A stretch of DNA of 64,000 bases from Longimicrobiales bacterium. Lineage in GTDB: Bacteria > Gemmatimonadota > Gemmatimonadetes > Longimicrobiales > Gaopeijiaceae. The notes under the pieces were generated by a model, which saw only the letters and a list, made by a program, of their open reading frames with translations, had not been told where the DNA came from and did no database searches. The DNA lies in assembly GCA_965202985.1 (NCBI GenBank), contig CBDBCF010000002.1, positions 160,001-224,000 of the forward strand, written 5' to 3'. Positions 37,156-46,016 of the stretch are shown here, piece after piece. The translations under genes were made by a program, and so were the position numbers. Each line of letters starts with the position of its first letter. Position 1 is the first letter of the stretch.

Positions 37156-40100
37156 AACACACGACATCCTCGAGTGGACAGCGACGATACGTCGTCGCTA
37201 CGAAAACTACCTAAGAACGCTGTTCTACTTCAAGGACGCTGGGCTTCGGGCGTCCTTTCGCAACGCTCTTCAGAAAGGCGACGGCCTCCTCAAGGGCCCA
37301 TTTTCCGAGGAAGATCAGGGATTTCTATACGGCGCAACGCCGAGGGACATGGCTGAAGCCGCATTTCCGCAGCGGAGTGCTGATCTGTGGCCAGCACTGC
37401 TTGACAAGCCTCTCTACACTCATCAGGAACAGGCTTTGCAGAACGTGCACTGTCGAGGGCGTAATGTGGTCGTAGCTACCGGTACCGCTAGTGGCAAGAC
37501 TGAGAGTTTCTTGTATCCGATTCTATTCTCTCTATATCGCGAGCACCTGGAGAAGAAGCTGGAACGTCCTGGCGTACGCGCCATGATACTGTACCCGATG
37601 AACGCACTGGCCAACGATCAGAGAGACCGGCTGGGCGCAATCTGCGACGCACTGGAGAAAGAAAAATCTCAGTTCCGCTTCACCTTTGGCCAGTACATTG
37701 GCCAAACACCGGAAAACTCCCGGGACAGTTATCGGAATGCTCCGGTCCGAGCAGAAGAACGCCTCCCGGGCGAGATGGTCTTTCGAGAGGACATGCGCCA
37801 ATATCCTCCTCACATCCTGCTGACGAACTACTCGATGCTTGAGTACTTGTTGATCCGACCGCAGGACAGCTCGTTGTTCGACGGTGGCAGAGGTTCTCGC
37901 TGGAGGTTTATTGTGTTGGACGAGGCTCACCAGTACCGCGGCGCAAGGGGTATGGAGATGGGCATGTTGCTGCGGCGATTGAAAGAACGCGTGCGCGACG
38001 GAGGCCGAACCGATGGATTTCAATGCATCGCGACAAGCGCGACGATTTCCACCAAACAGAGTAGCACGGAGAAGTTGAATGTCGCCGATTTTGCATCGGA
38101 GTTGTTTGGCGCTCAGTTTAGCGACAGCGACATAGTGTTCGGATCACGAGTGGCCGACAGGCGTGACACGACGCGGCGCCATCACGTATTTGTTCGTGCG
38201 CTGGAAGGGGCGTTTGTGGTTCATGAACAAGGTGAGGACAGGATTGTCTTGAACAGGACGGCAGGTGCAGACGGTCGCAACGGCTCAACACCGCTGGAGA
38301 TTGCACTGTGTCGAGAGTGTGGTCAACACTATTACGTGGGGCGGGTAGTGGGTGGGAGGTTGAGCGAAGCCGTCAGGGACCCAAGCCACACGGCCTTCGG
38401 TGTAGAATTCTTCCTGCCGTCCAATCGCGGAGATCAGTTGCTTTGTCGGCAATGCGGCCGGATTGGAGTTTTGAGGGCGCCGCCGATGTGCGATTGTGGC
38501 GCAATGGTGCAGGTAATGACCTGTCCTTCACACGGGAAGCGGGCTGACCAGCTGGCAAAGTGCGAGTCGTGCGGATACGGACGGGGTGGCGTGGGCGATC
38601 CGGTTCAGGAAGTTGTCCACGGTCACGACGGCCCGAACACCGTTATTGCCACCACGTTGCATGAGCTTCTGTCGGCCGAGTCACGGAAGATCCTTGCGTT
38701 TGCGGATAGTAGGCAAGAGGCAGCGTTCTTTGCCTGGTACCTTGAAGATACATATGACAAGATCCGTGACCGGAATCTAATGTGGAGGGTTGTGGAACGA
38801 ATGGGTGCTGGGGCGGAGGCGCTGTCGCTCTCGGACCTGGCGGATGGAATGTCGCGGCTCTGGGGCGAGCACAGACTGTTCCGGGCATCGGACACTGAGC
38901 TGGCTAGGAGGCGCCAGATCTTGGGGGCGATCTTGGCGGAGGCCATGACGTCGGAGAGACGCTTGTCGCTCGAAGGGGTCGGATTAGTGAAGTGGTACAC
39001 GGAGTTGCCCGACGACGTCGAGATGCCACGGACACTGTCGGAGAGTGCCTGGGGTCTTGACGAGGAAGAGGGCAGACGACTAGCCCTTAGGCTTGTGGAC
39101 GAGTTCCGAAGGAACCGCGCGGTCGAGTTGTCGGAGGGATATCCGGTCTGGGGGTGCGTTTCACCGTGGCCGCAACGGGCGTTCGGTGCAGGACCACCCA
39201 GAGGAAGAAGGAATGTGGCCGAATGGGGTAGTGCCGGATCAGGGATCGTCCAGCATTTCTTGACGAGGGTGTGGCTTGACGACGGGCCGGGCTCGGCGGA
39301 GGTTGAAGCAAGCAAGGCCGGTGTTGAGTTGATGAAGCAGCTGTGGAGAGCGTTGCGTGCTCGGGACCGCAGGGTGCCCGCTTCGGAGCGGTTTCTGATT
39401 GGAACGGGTGCTGGCAAGTATCGAGTTTCGCCTGAGTGGCTGCGGATTGCACGAGTAACGAATGGAGGGCTGTGGGAGTGCGGGATGTGCGGCGCCGTCA
39501 GCCCTACGAACATTCGAGATGTGTGCGACAGGCGTGCGTGTCCGGGCCGTCTTCGGTCGGTGGTACCGGGGCGGCTGGACCAGAACTACTATCGGGAGTT
39601 GTACGCCAACGCTAGCATGCCATCCCGGCTGCGGTCGGAAGAACACACTGCGCAGATCGACAGCGAGGAGGCGAGGATACGGCAGAACGGCTTCAAGCAG
39701 GGCGATATTCATGTGCTGAGCTCCTCGACTACGTTCGAAGTCGGCGTCGACCTAGGGGACCTTGACGTCGTGTTTCTGCGCAACGTACCACCGGAGGCGT
39801 TCAACTACACCCAGCGGGTCGGGAGGGCGGGGCGTCGCGACAGTCCCGGCGTGGCTGTTACGTACTGCCGTCGGAACCCGCACGACTTGTATCACTACGA
39901 GAATCCAGCGCAACGAATCATCAAAGGGGAGATCAGGCCGCCACGGCTGCGGATGAGCAACGAGAAGATCATCCGTCGGCACATGACAGCTGTTGCACTT
40001 TCCGCCTTTTTTCGCGAACGGCCGAATGCAGACCGTTTTTCGCGGGTGAAGAGGTTTGTGGGAGATTGGTTGAAGCCAAGCGGCACGTCTTCGTTTCGGG

Positions 40101-41386
40101 AGTTCTGCACACAGGATCGGTCTCTGGAGGCGACGCTTCGGCGGGTGGTGCCGAACGATGTCCACGAAGCTGTCGGACTCGCAGACGGAACATGGATCGA
40201 AGAAGTGTCGGGATCCAAAAGTCGTCTGGCAGAGATGGAAGCCGAGGTTTGTGGAGACTACCGTACAATGAATGAAGCGAAGGATAGGTTGATTGACAAG
40301 CAACCAAGGTCATGGACTAAGCGGGTGGAGAGAATCGAGCGACGGATGAGGGGAATCACCTCGGAACGCACGCTGAATTTGCTGTCGCGAAAGGCTGTGA
40401 TACCGAAATATGGATTTCCAGTTGACGTTGTGGAGCTCGACACACACGGGGAAAAGGGCGTTGCTCTTGCCCGTGATTTGTCGCAGGCAATCGCGGAGTA
40501 CGCACCAGGGAGTTCCGTCGTAGCGAAGAAGCTGGAGTGGAAGTGCGCTGGGCTGAAGGTCGTTCCTGGATGCCAGTTGCCCGTTCGACGGTATCAGTAC
40601 GATGATGCGCGAAATTTTCGCCAAGAGGAAAAAGCCGGAACGGTGTTTGCGGATTCGTTGGAGCGGGCGTACGTGTCGCCGGTGTTTGGGTTTGTAACAC
40701 CTCATATGGGATCACAAACGCCCAAAGGACGTTCCCGTCGCTTGTACACGACAAGGCCGTTTTTCCAGGGAGTGGGGAAGGAAACGGGGACCGACGCCAG
40801 GGTGGTGGCAGGCGTGCGCATAACCAAAGCGCAACCGGGAACACTGGTCATTTTGTGCGAAGGCAAGGCTAGAGCGGGATTCCACATATGTCTCACGTGT
40901 GGTAGCGGTTTCAAGGAGCTGACGGTGCCACACAAGTCGCCATATGGCGGTAGTTGCAACGGAACGCTTGAACGGCTGTCTCTCGGGCACGAGCTGGCCA
41001 CTGACGTGGTTCGCTTGCAGTTTCCCGGGCTGAGCGGCGAATGGGACGCGTACTCGGTGGCGTACGCTGCTGTTCTTGGCGTGGCAAAGGCCTTGGACGT
41101 TCCAGATACAGATCTGAACGTCACGATTACGGCCGGCGAACGCCCGACAGAGACCGGGATCGTATTGTACGACAACGTGCCGGGTGGGGCTGGCCTGGTA
41201 GCACAGCTCGAAGACGAGCCGTTGTTCCGAGAAGCATTGGAAAGGGCATGCGAACGCGTTGAAGGAGGTTGCGGATGCGACATGAGTTGCTACGGCTGTC
41301 TGCGAAGCTATCGCAACCAGTTCGCACACCCGCATCTGAACCGGAAGAGAGCAAGGTCGTTCCTTATGGATGTCGCGACAGCGTGA
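37148..41386 (+). CDS. DEAD/DEAH-box helicase with DUF1998 (Druantia DruE-like)
   Basis: Start ATG 37148 (MPETHDIL). Motifs ATGTASGKTESFLYP, YPMNALANDQ, LTNYSMLE, DEAH, AFADSRQ, EEHTAQ, STTFEVGVDLG, QRVGRAGR, IPKYGFP and LYDNVPGGAG...CGCDMSCYGCLRSYRNQ. Confidence 0.92.
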   Translation: MPETHDILEWTATIRRRYENYLRTLFYFKDAGLRASFRNALQKGDGLLKGPFSEEDQGFLYGATPRDMAEAAFPQRSADLWPALLDKPLYTHQEQALQNVHCRGRNVVVATGTASGKTESFLYPILFSLYREHLEKKLERPGVRAMILYPMNALANDQRDRLGAICDALEKEKSQFRFTFGQYIGQTPENSRDSYRNAPVRAEERLPGEMVFREDMRQYPPHILLTNYSMLEYLLIRPQDSSLFDGGRGSRWRFIVLDEAHQYRGARGMEMGMLLRRLKERVRDGGRTDGFQCIATSATISTKQSSTEKLNVADFASELFGAQFSDSDIVFGSRVADRRDTTRRHHVFVRALEGAFVVHEQGEDRIVLNRTAGADGRNGSTPLEIALCRECGQHYYVGRVVGGRLSEAVRDPSHTAFGVEFFLPSNRGDQLLCRQCGRIGVLRAPPMCDCGAMVQVMTCPSHGKRADQLAKCESCGYGRGGVGDPVQEVVHGHDGPNTVIATTLHELLSAESRKILAFADSRQEAAFFAWYLEDTYDKIRDRNLMWRVVERMGAGAEALSLSDLADGMSRLWGEHRLFRASDTELARRRQILGAILAEAMTSERRLSLEGVGLVKWYTELPDDVEMPRTLSESAWGLDEEEGRRLALRLVDEFRRNRAVELSEGYPVWGCVSPWPQRAFGAGPPRGRRNVAEWGSAGSGIVQHFLTRVWLDDGPGSAEVEASKAGVELMKQLWRALRARDRRVPASERFLIGTGAGKYRVSPEWLRIARVTNGGLWECGMCGAVSPTNIRDVCDRRACPGRLRSVVPGRLDQNYYRELYANASMPSRLRSEEHTAQIDSEEARIRQNGFKQGDIHVLSSSTTFEVGVDLGDLDVVFLRNVPPEAFNYTQRVGRAGRRDSPGVAVTYCRRNPHDLYHYENPAQRIIKGEIRPPRLRMSNEKIIRRHMTAVALSAFFRERPNADRFSRVKRFVGDWLKPSGTSSFREFCTQDRSLEATLRRVVPNDVHEAVGLADGTWIEEVSGSKSRLAEMEAEVCGDYRTMNEAKDRLIDKQPRSWTKRVERIERRMRGITSERTLNLLSRKAVIPKYGFPVDVVELDTHGEKGVALARDLSQAIAEYAPGSSVVAKKLEWKCAGLKVVPGCQLPVRRYQYDDARNFRQEEKAGTVFADSLERAYVSPVFGFVTPHMGSQTPKGRSRRLYTTRPFFQGVGKETGTDARVVAGVRITKAQPGTLVILCEGKARAGFHICLTCGSGFKELTVPHKSPYGGSCNGTLERLSLGHELATDVVRLQFPGLSGEWDAYSVAYAAVLGVAKALDVPDTDLNVTITAGERPTETGIVLYDNVPGGAGLVAQLEDEPLFREALERACERVEGGCGCDMSCYGCLRSYRNQFAHPHLNRKRARSFLMDVATA

Positions 41387-41401
41387 CCGAAGCGACTCCG
41401 A

Positions 41402-41914
41402 TCATCCGTCGAGGCTTCCTTCGCCCTCGGCAGGATCCGGGCGGCGTCCTTCCGTCTTCATGACTGTGGGTTTCACCGGATCGCCTTCTGGCGTCTCGGA
41501 TCTGCCTGTCGACTCGCCGCCGACCGGGTAGTCCTTACCCGTTTCCCGCACCACGAGCGGGCGGGGAGACGATCGCTCGTCAAGCTTGGCGTTGACGGCG
41601 CTGACCGTTGCCTTCAGCTCGCCGATCTCCCGGGCGAACTCGGCGATCTTCCCGAGCAGTTCTGCGTGGTTGGCACGAGCCCGCTCTTCTTGCCGGTCGA
41701 TACGATGTCCGAGGGCTTCGTCGCCCTTGTCGATCCGCTGTACGAGCCTCTCTTCACTCTTGTCGATCCGGTGTACGAGCCTCCCTTCGAGCTTGTCGAT
41801 CCGCTTTCCGGTGTCGGTTCGCAGAGCCCAGAAGAGACTGGCCGCGGCAACGACGACGGAAAAGACGGTGACGAAGACGTCGCTGGACAGGAAATCCACC
41901 ACGGTCTCGTCCAT
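41402..41914 (-). CDS. Membrane-anchored coiled-coil protein with 11-aa RIDK repeats
   Basis: Hydrophobic VFVTVFSVVVAAASLFWAL, then RIDKLEGRLVH/RIDKSEERLVQ/RIDKGDEALGH/RIDRQEER. Confidence 0.75.
   Translation of the reverse strand: MDETVVDFLSSDVFVTVFSVVVAAASLFWALRTDTGKRIDKLEGRLVHRIDKSEERLVQRIDKGDEALGHRIDRQEERARANHAELLGKIAEFAREIGELKATVSAVNAKLDERSSPRPLVVRETGKDYPVGGESTGRSETPEGDPVKPTVMKTEGRRPDPAEGEGSLDG
41693..41803. repeat. 33-bp intragenic tandem repeat (3-4 units)
   Basis: cttgtcgatccg occurs at 41726, 41759 and 41792, with a degenerate unit at 41693. Confidence 0.85.
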
Positions 41915-42027
41915 TTTCTCGGTGGTCTCGCCCCGGCAATCCGGGCTTGGGTCGGAAGCTGACCGACACCATAACAGGTACCGCAAGCCCCCCAACCCCG
42001 ACCGCCGCCCTCCGGCTGGACGCGCTG

Positions 42028-44784
42028 CTACCTCCCTTCGGCCGCCAACTTCCGCAGCACCGTGTGGAGGATGCCGCCGTTGCGGTAGTACTCCACCTCG
42101 ACATCCGAGTCCAACCGGGCCGTCGCGCTGAACTCGATCCGAGCGCCGTCGGGGCGGGTGGCCTTCACCTCGACCTGGCTGCGGCGCCCCAGCCCGTCGG
42201 CGATTCCCGCGATGTCGTAGGTCTCGTCGCCGCTCAGCCCGAGCGACTCGGCGCCTTCGCCCTCCGCGAACTGGAGAGGCAGCACGCCCATCCCCACCAA
42301 GTTGGAGCGGTGGATGCGCTCGTAGCTCTCGGCGATCACCGCGCGCACGCCGAGCAGCAGCGTGCCCTTGGCCGCCCAGTCGCGGGAGCTCCCAGTTCCG
42401 TACTCGCGCCCGGCGATCACGATCAGGGGCGTCCCAGCCGCCCGGTAGCGCTCCGCCGCCTCGAAGATCGGCACGACGTCGCCGCTGGGGACGTGCCGGG
42501 TCCAGCCGCCTTCCTTGCCGTCGAGCAGCAGGTTGCGCAGCCGCACGTTGCCGAAGGTGCCCCGCATCATCACTTCGTGGTTCCCGCGCCGAGCGCCGAA
42601 GGTGTTGAAGTGGATCGGCGTCACGCCCAGCCCCTGGAGGTACTGGCCGGCGGGCTCGTCCCTGGGAATCGCGCCGGCGGGCGAAATGTGGTCGGTGGTC
42701 ACCGTCTGGCCCAGCAGCGCAAGCACTCGGGCGTCTCGCACGTCCTCGGGTGCCGGAGCCTCGGAGCTCATCCCCTGGAAGAAGGGCGGGTTGCGGATGT
42801 AGGTGGACTCGGCGTCCCACTCGTAGAGGCTCCCTTCCTCCGGCAGGGGAAGGGCGCGCCAGTGCTCGTCGCCGTCGAACACGCTGCCGTAGCGCTCCCG
42901 GTACATCTCCGGCTTCAGCGACGCCGCCACCGTGTCGCGAACCTCGCCGGGCGACGGCCAGATGTCGGCCAGGAAGACGGGCACGCCGTCGCGGTCGCAG
43001 CCCAGCGGCTCGTCCCGCAGGTCGATGTCGATTCGCCCAGCCAACGCGAACGCCACCACCAGCATCGGCGACGCAAGGTAGTTGGCGCGCACCAGCGTGT
43101 GGATGCGGGCCTCGTAGTTGCGGTTCCCCGACAGGATCGACGCCACGACCAGCCCGTTCTTCTCGACGGCCTCGGCCACCGGCCCGGGCAGCGGTCCGCT
43201 GTTGCCGATGCAGGTCGTGCAGCCGTAGCCGACCAGGTTGAACTTGAGCTCCTCCAAGTACCGCATGAGCCCGGCCGCCTCCAAGTAGTCCGTGACCACC
43301 TGCGAGCCCGGCGCCATGCTCGTCTTCACCCACGGCTTCGGCTCCATCCCCAGCGCCCGCGCCTTCGTGGCCATCAGTCCGGCGCCGACCATGACCGACG
43401 GGTTGGACGTGTTCGTGCAGCTGGTGATCGCGGCCACCACGATGCTCCCGTCGCCGATCTCCATCCGCTCGCCGTCGATCTCAATCTCGACGCTGCGTCG
43501 AGCGTCGGGCGCCGTCCCGCCTTGCGGCTCGGCACCGTTGCCGGACGCGCCCGTCCTGCCGAACCCCGCTGGACGCAGCTTCGGCAGGTCCGTGGGGAAC
43601 GCCCGGTCGATCTCCGTCAGCGCGATCCGGTCCTGGGGACGCTTCGGCCCCGCCAAGCTGGGCACCACGGTCGAGAGGTCCAGCTCCAGGGCGGTCGTGT
43701 ACTCGGGGTCGGGGGTGTCGTCGGTGCGGAAGAGGCCCAGCTCCTTGGCTACCCGCTCCACGCGCTCGACGTGGGCGGGCTCCCGCCCGGTGCCCCTCAA
43801 GTAGCGCAGCGCCTCGTCGTCCACGGGGAAGAAGCCGACGGTGGCGCCGTACTCGGGGGACATGTTGGCCAGCGTGGCCTTGTCCGGCAGGCTCAGCGCC
43901 GACAGGCCGGCCCCGTAGTACTCGACGAACCGTCCCACGACCCCGTGGGCGCGGAGCATCTCGGTCACCCGGAGGACGAGATCGGTGGCGGTCGCGCCTT
44001 CGGAGAGCGCGCCGGTGAACTTCACGCCCACCACGTCCGGCAGGAGCATGTGGTAGGGCTGGCCCAGCAGCACCGCCTCCGCCTCGATCCCGCCGACGCC
44101 CCAGCCCACCACGCCCAGCCCGTTGATCATCGTCGTGTGGGAATCGGTTCCGACCACCGTGTCCGGGTAGGCCAGCGCGCCGTCGCCGTGCTCCCGCCGG
44201 TGCACCACCGACGCCAAGTACTCCAGGTTGACCTGATGCACGATCCCGGTGCCCGGGGGCACGACCCGGTAGTTCTCGAAGGCCTCCTGCGCCCAGCGAA
44301 GGAGGGCGTAGCGCTCCCGGTTCCGCTCGTACTCTCGGGCGACGTTCTTCTCGAAGGCGTAGCCGGTCCCGAAGAAGTCCACCTGCACCGAGTGGTCGAT
44401 CACGAGGTCGGCCGGGACGAGCGGGTTGATGCGCCCGGGGTCGCCGCCCATCGCGCGGATGCCGTCGCGCATTGAAGCCAGGTCCACGACCGCGGGCACC
44501 CCGGTGAAGTCCTGGAGGACCACCCGCGTGGGCATGAACGGGAAGTCGGGGCGGGGACCGTCGGGCCGCCAGGAAGCCACCGCCTCCACGTCGTCGGGCG
44601 AGACGTGGCCGTCTCCTGCATTGCGCAGCACGTTCTCCAGCAGGATGCGGATCGAGAAGGGGAGGCGGTCCAGCGAGGGGACCACGCCGCTCTCTTCCAG
44701 GCGCGCGAGGCGGTAGAAGGACGCACGGCCCTCCGCCAGTTCGATAGCGGCGAGGGCGCCGAAGGGATCGGTGAGGCTTGGCAC
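42028..44784 (-). CDS. acnA: Aconitate hydratase A
   Basis: LPFSIRILLEN, QDFTGVP, IDHSVQVD, GTDSHTTM, AAITSCTNTSNP, GYGCTTCIGNSG, TTDHISPAG, GSSRDWAAKG. GTG start with AGGAG RBS. Confidence 0.97.
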   Translation of the reverse strand: MPSLTDPFGALAAIELAEGRASFYRLARLEESGVVPSLDRLPFSIRILLENVLRNAGDGHVSPDDVEAVASWRPDGPRPDFPFMPTRVVLQDFTGVPAVVDLASMRDGIRAMGGDPGRINPLVPADLVIDHSVQVDFFGTGYAFEKNVAREYERNRERYALLRWAQEAFENYRVVPPGTGIVHQVNLEYLASVVHRREHGDGALAYPDTVVGTDSHTTMINGLGVVGWGVGGIEAEAVLLGQPYHMLLPDVVGVKFTGALSEGATATDLVLRVTEMLRAHGVVGRFVEYYGAGLSALSLPDKATLANMSPEYGATVGFFPVDDEALRYLRGTGREPAHVERVERVAKELGLFRTDDTPDPEYTTALELDLSTVVPSLAGPKRPQDRIALTEIDRAFPTDLPKLRPAGFGRTGASGNGAEPQGGTAPDARRSVEIEIDGERMEIGDGSIVVAAITSCTNTSNPSVMVGAGLMATKARALGMEPKPWVKTSMAPGSQVVTDYLEAAGLMRYLEELKFNLVGYGCTTCIGNSGPLPGPVAEAVEKNGLVVASILSGNRNYEARIHTLVRANYLASPMLVVAFALAGRIDIDLRDEPLGCDRDGVPVFLADIWPSPGEVRDTVAASLKPEMYRERYGSVFDGDEHWRALPLPEEGSLYEWDAESTYIRNPPFFQGMSSEAPAPEDVRDARVLALLGQTVTTDHISPAGAIPRDEPAGQYLQGLGVTPIHFNTFGARRGNHEVMMRGTFGNVRLRNLLLDGKEGGWTRHVPSGDVVPIFEAAERYRAAGTPLIVIAGREYGTGSSRDWAAKGTLLLGVRAVIAESYERIHRSNLVGMGVLPLQFAEGEGAESLGLSGDETYDIAGIADGLGRRSQVEVKATRPDGARIEFSATARLDSDVEVEYYRNGGILHTVLRKLAAEGR

Positions 44785-44932
44785 GGGGATTCGGCTCCTG
44801 GTCCGGGGGCGTCGCGACGGGTTGGACTCTGAAGCTAGCCACGAGCGAACGGCGGAACCGGCGGGCCCGAACGCGGACCCCGATCCCGTCCAGACGATTC
44901 TCCGGCCGTCCCGTTCCAACCACGCCCCCGAC

Positions 44933-44961
44933 TTTACGGACCGGCATTGTCGCGCTAGACT
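44933..44961 (+). promoter_or_regulatory. Putative sigma70 promoter of tRNA-Leu
   Basis: TTTACG-N17-TAGACT, 18 nt upstream of the tRNA. Confidence 0.5.
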
Positions 44962-44978
44962 CCCCCGCTCCCCAACCA

Positions 44979-45062
44979 GCCGAGGTGGCGGAACCGGTAG
45001 ACGCGAAGGTCTCAAAAACCTTTGCCCTTGCGGGCGTGAGGGTTCGAGTCCCTCCCTCGGCA
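44979..45062 (+). tRNA. tRNA-Leu (CAA)
   Basis: Acceptor stem GCCGAGG/CCTCGGC+A. D-loop GGCGGAACCGGTAGACGC. Anticodon arm AAGGT-CTCAAAA-ACCTT. Long variable arm. T-loop GGTTCGAGTCC. CCA not encoded. Confidence 0.97.
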
Positions 45063-45199
45063 TTCTGGACAACAGGTGGGCCTGGGGTCAATGCCGAGTA
45101 AGCCCGAGAGAGGCTTCGACCGCCTGCCCTTGATGCCGGGCCGCCGAATCAACGCGCCGGCCCGGGTCCTCGCGACGCCACCCCGGGCACCGAGCGAAG

Positions 45200-45233
45200 T
45201 TGACTGCCGCTTCGAAAATGTGTAGACTACACA
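45200..45233 (+). promoter_or_regulatory. hicAB promoter with palindromic operator over the -10 box
   Basis: TTGACT(45200)-N17-TAGACT(45223). Inverted repeat TGTGTAG-A-CTACACA at 45219-45233. Confidence 0.65.
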
Positions 45234-45358
45234 CTCGTGCCGAATCGGCCTCGGCACCCGGTACTCGTTCTCCCAGAGGAGCTACTTGATGGATCGTGCC
45301 AACCAACGAAAGAGGCTACTAAATGGGCCGTCGCAAACGACCTTCCCGAGGAGGGAAA

Positions 45359-45553
45359 ATGAGAAGCAAGGAAGTGATCCGGATGCTCGGGCAAGATGGA
45401 TGGGAGCATTGCCACACGAAAGGAAGCCACCGCCAGTTTGTCCACTCCGACAAGACCGGGCGGGTGACGGTACCGCACCCGACCAAGGACATTCCCGTCG
45501 GCACGCTACGCAACATCTATCGTCAAGCTGGCTGGGACTGGAACGACCGCTGA
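45359..45553 (+). CDS. hicA: HicA toxin (mRNA interferase)
   Basis: MRSKEVIRML...GW...KGSHRQFVH...GRVTVPHP.KDIPVGTLRNIYRQAG. GGAGG RBS. Confidence 0.93.
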   Translation: MRSKEVIRMLGQDGWEHCHTKGSHRQFVHSDKTGRVTVPHPTKDIPVGTLRNIYRQAGWDWNDR

Positions 45554-45605
45554 GGTGGAAGAACGCGACGACGAATGAACTTACCAAAACCGGAGAAAGC
45601 CAACC

Positions 45606-46016
45606 ATGCGATTTGCCGTCGTCATTCACAAGGACCCGAACAGCTGCTACGGGGTCACCGTGCCCGGGCTCCCCGGCTGCTTCTCCGCCGGGGACACGCT
45701 CGACGAGGCCGTCGAGTCTGCTTCGGAGGCCATCGCCTGCCATGTTGAGGGTATGCTGATGGACGGGGAAGCGGTCCCCGAGCAGCCATCCCTGGAAGAA
45801 CTCCAAGCGTGCAACGACTTCGAGGCCGGGACCTGGGCCCTCGTGAACGTCGACCTGTCGAAGCTGACAAGCGCGACGAAGCGGGTGAACATCACGATGC
45901 CGGCCCGAGTACTGGCGATCGTGGACGAGGCGGCCGTCAGGGAAGGCGACACGAGGTCGGGCTACCTGGCCCGTGCGGCGCTCAGCTACCTGAGGGACCG
46001 CCAGCCCGTCGGTTGA
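45606..46016 (+). CDS. hicB: HicB antitoxin with C-terminal ribbon-helix-helix
   Basis: YGVTVPGLPGCFSAGDTLDEAV, then KRVNITMP...IVDE...TRSGYLARAA. Confidence 0.93.
   Translation: MRFAVVIHKDPNSCYGVTVPGLPGCFSAGDTLDEAVESASEAIACHVEGMLMDGEAVPEQPSLEELQACNDFEAGTWALVNVDLSKLTSATKRVNITMPARVLAIVDEAAVREGDTRSGYLARAALSYLRDRQPVG

Noticed and set aside
41402..43333. 643-aa ORF overlapping acnA
   Set aside because: Only the last 170 aa (from 41914) look protein-like. The rest is an alternative frame of acnA.
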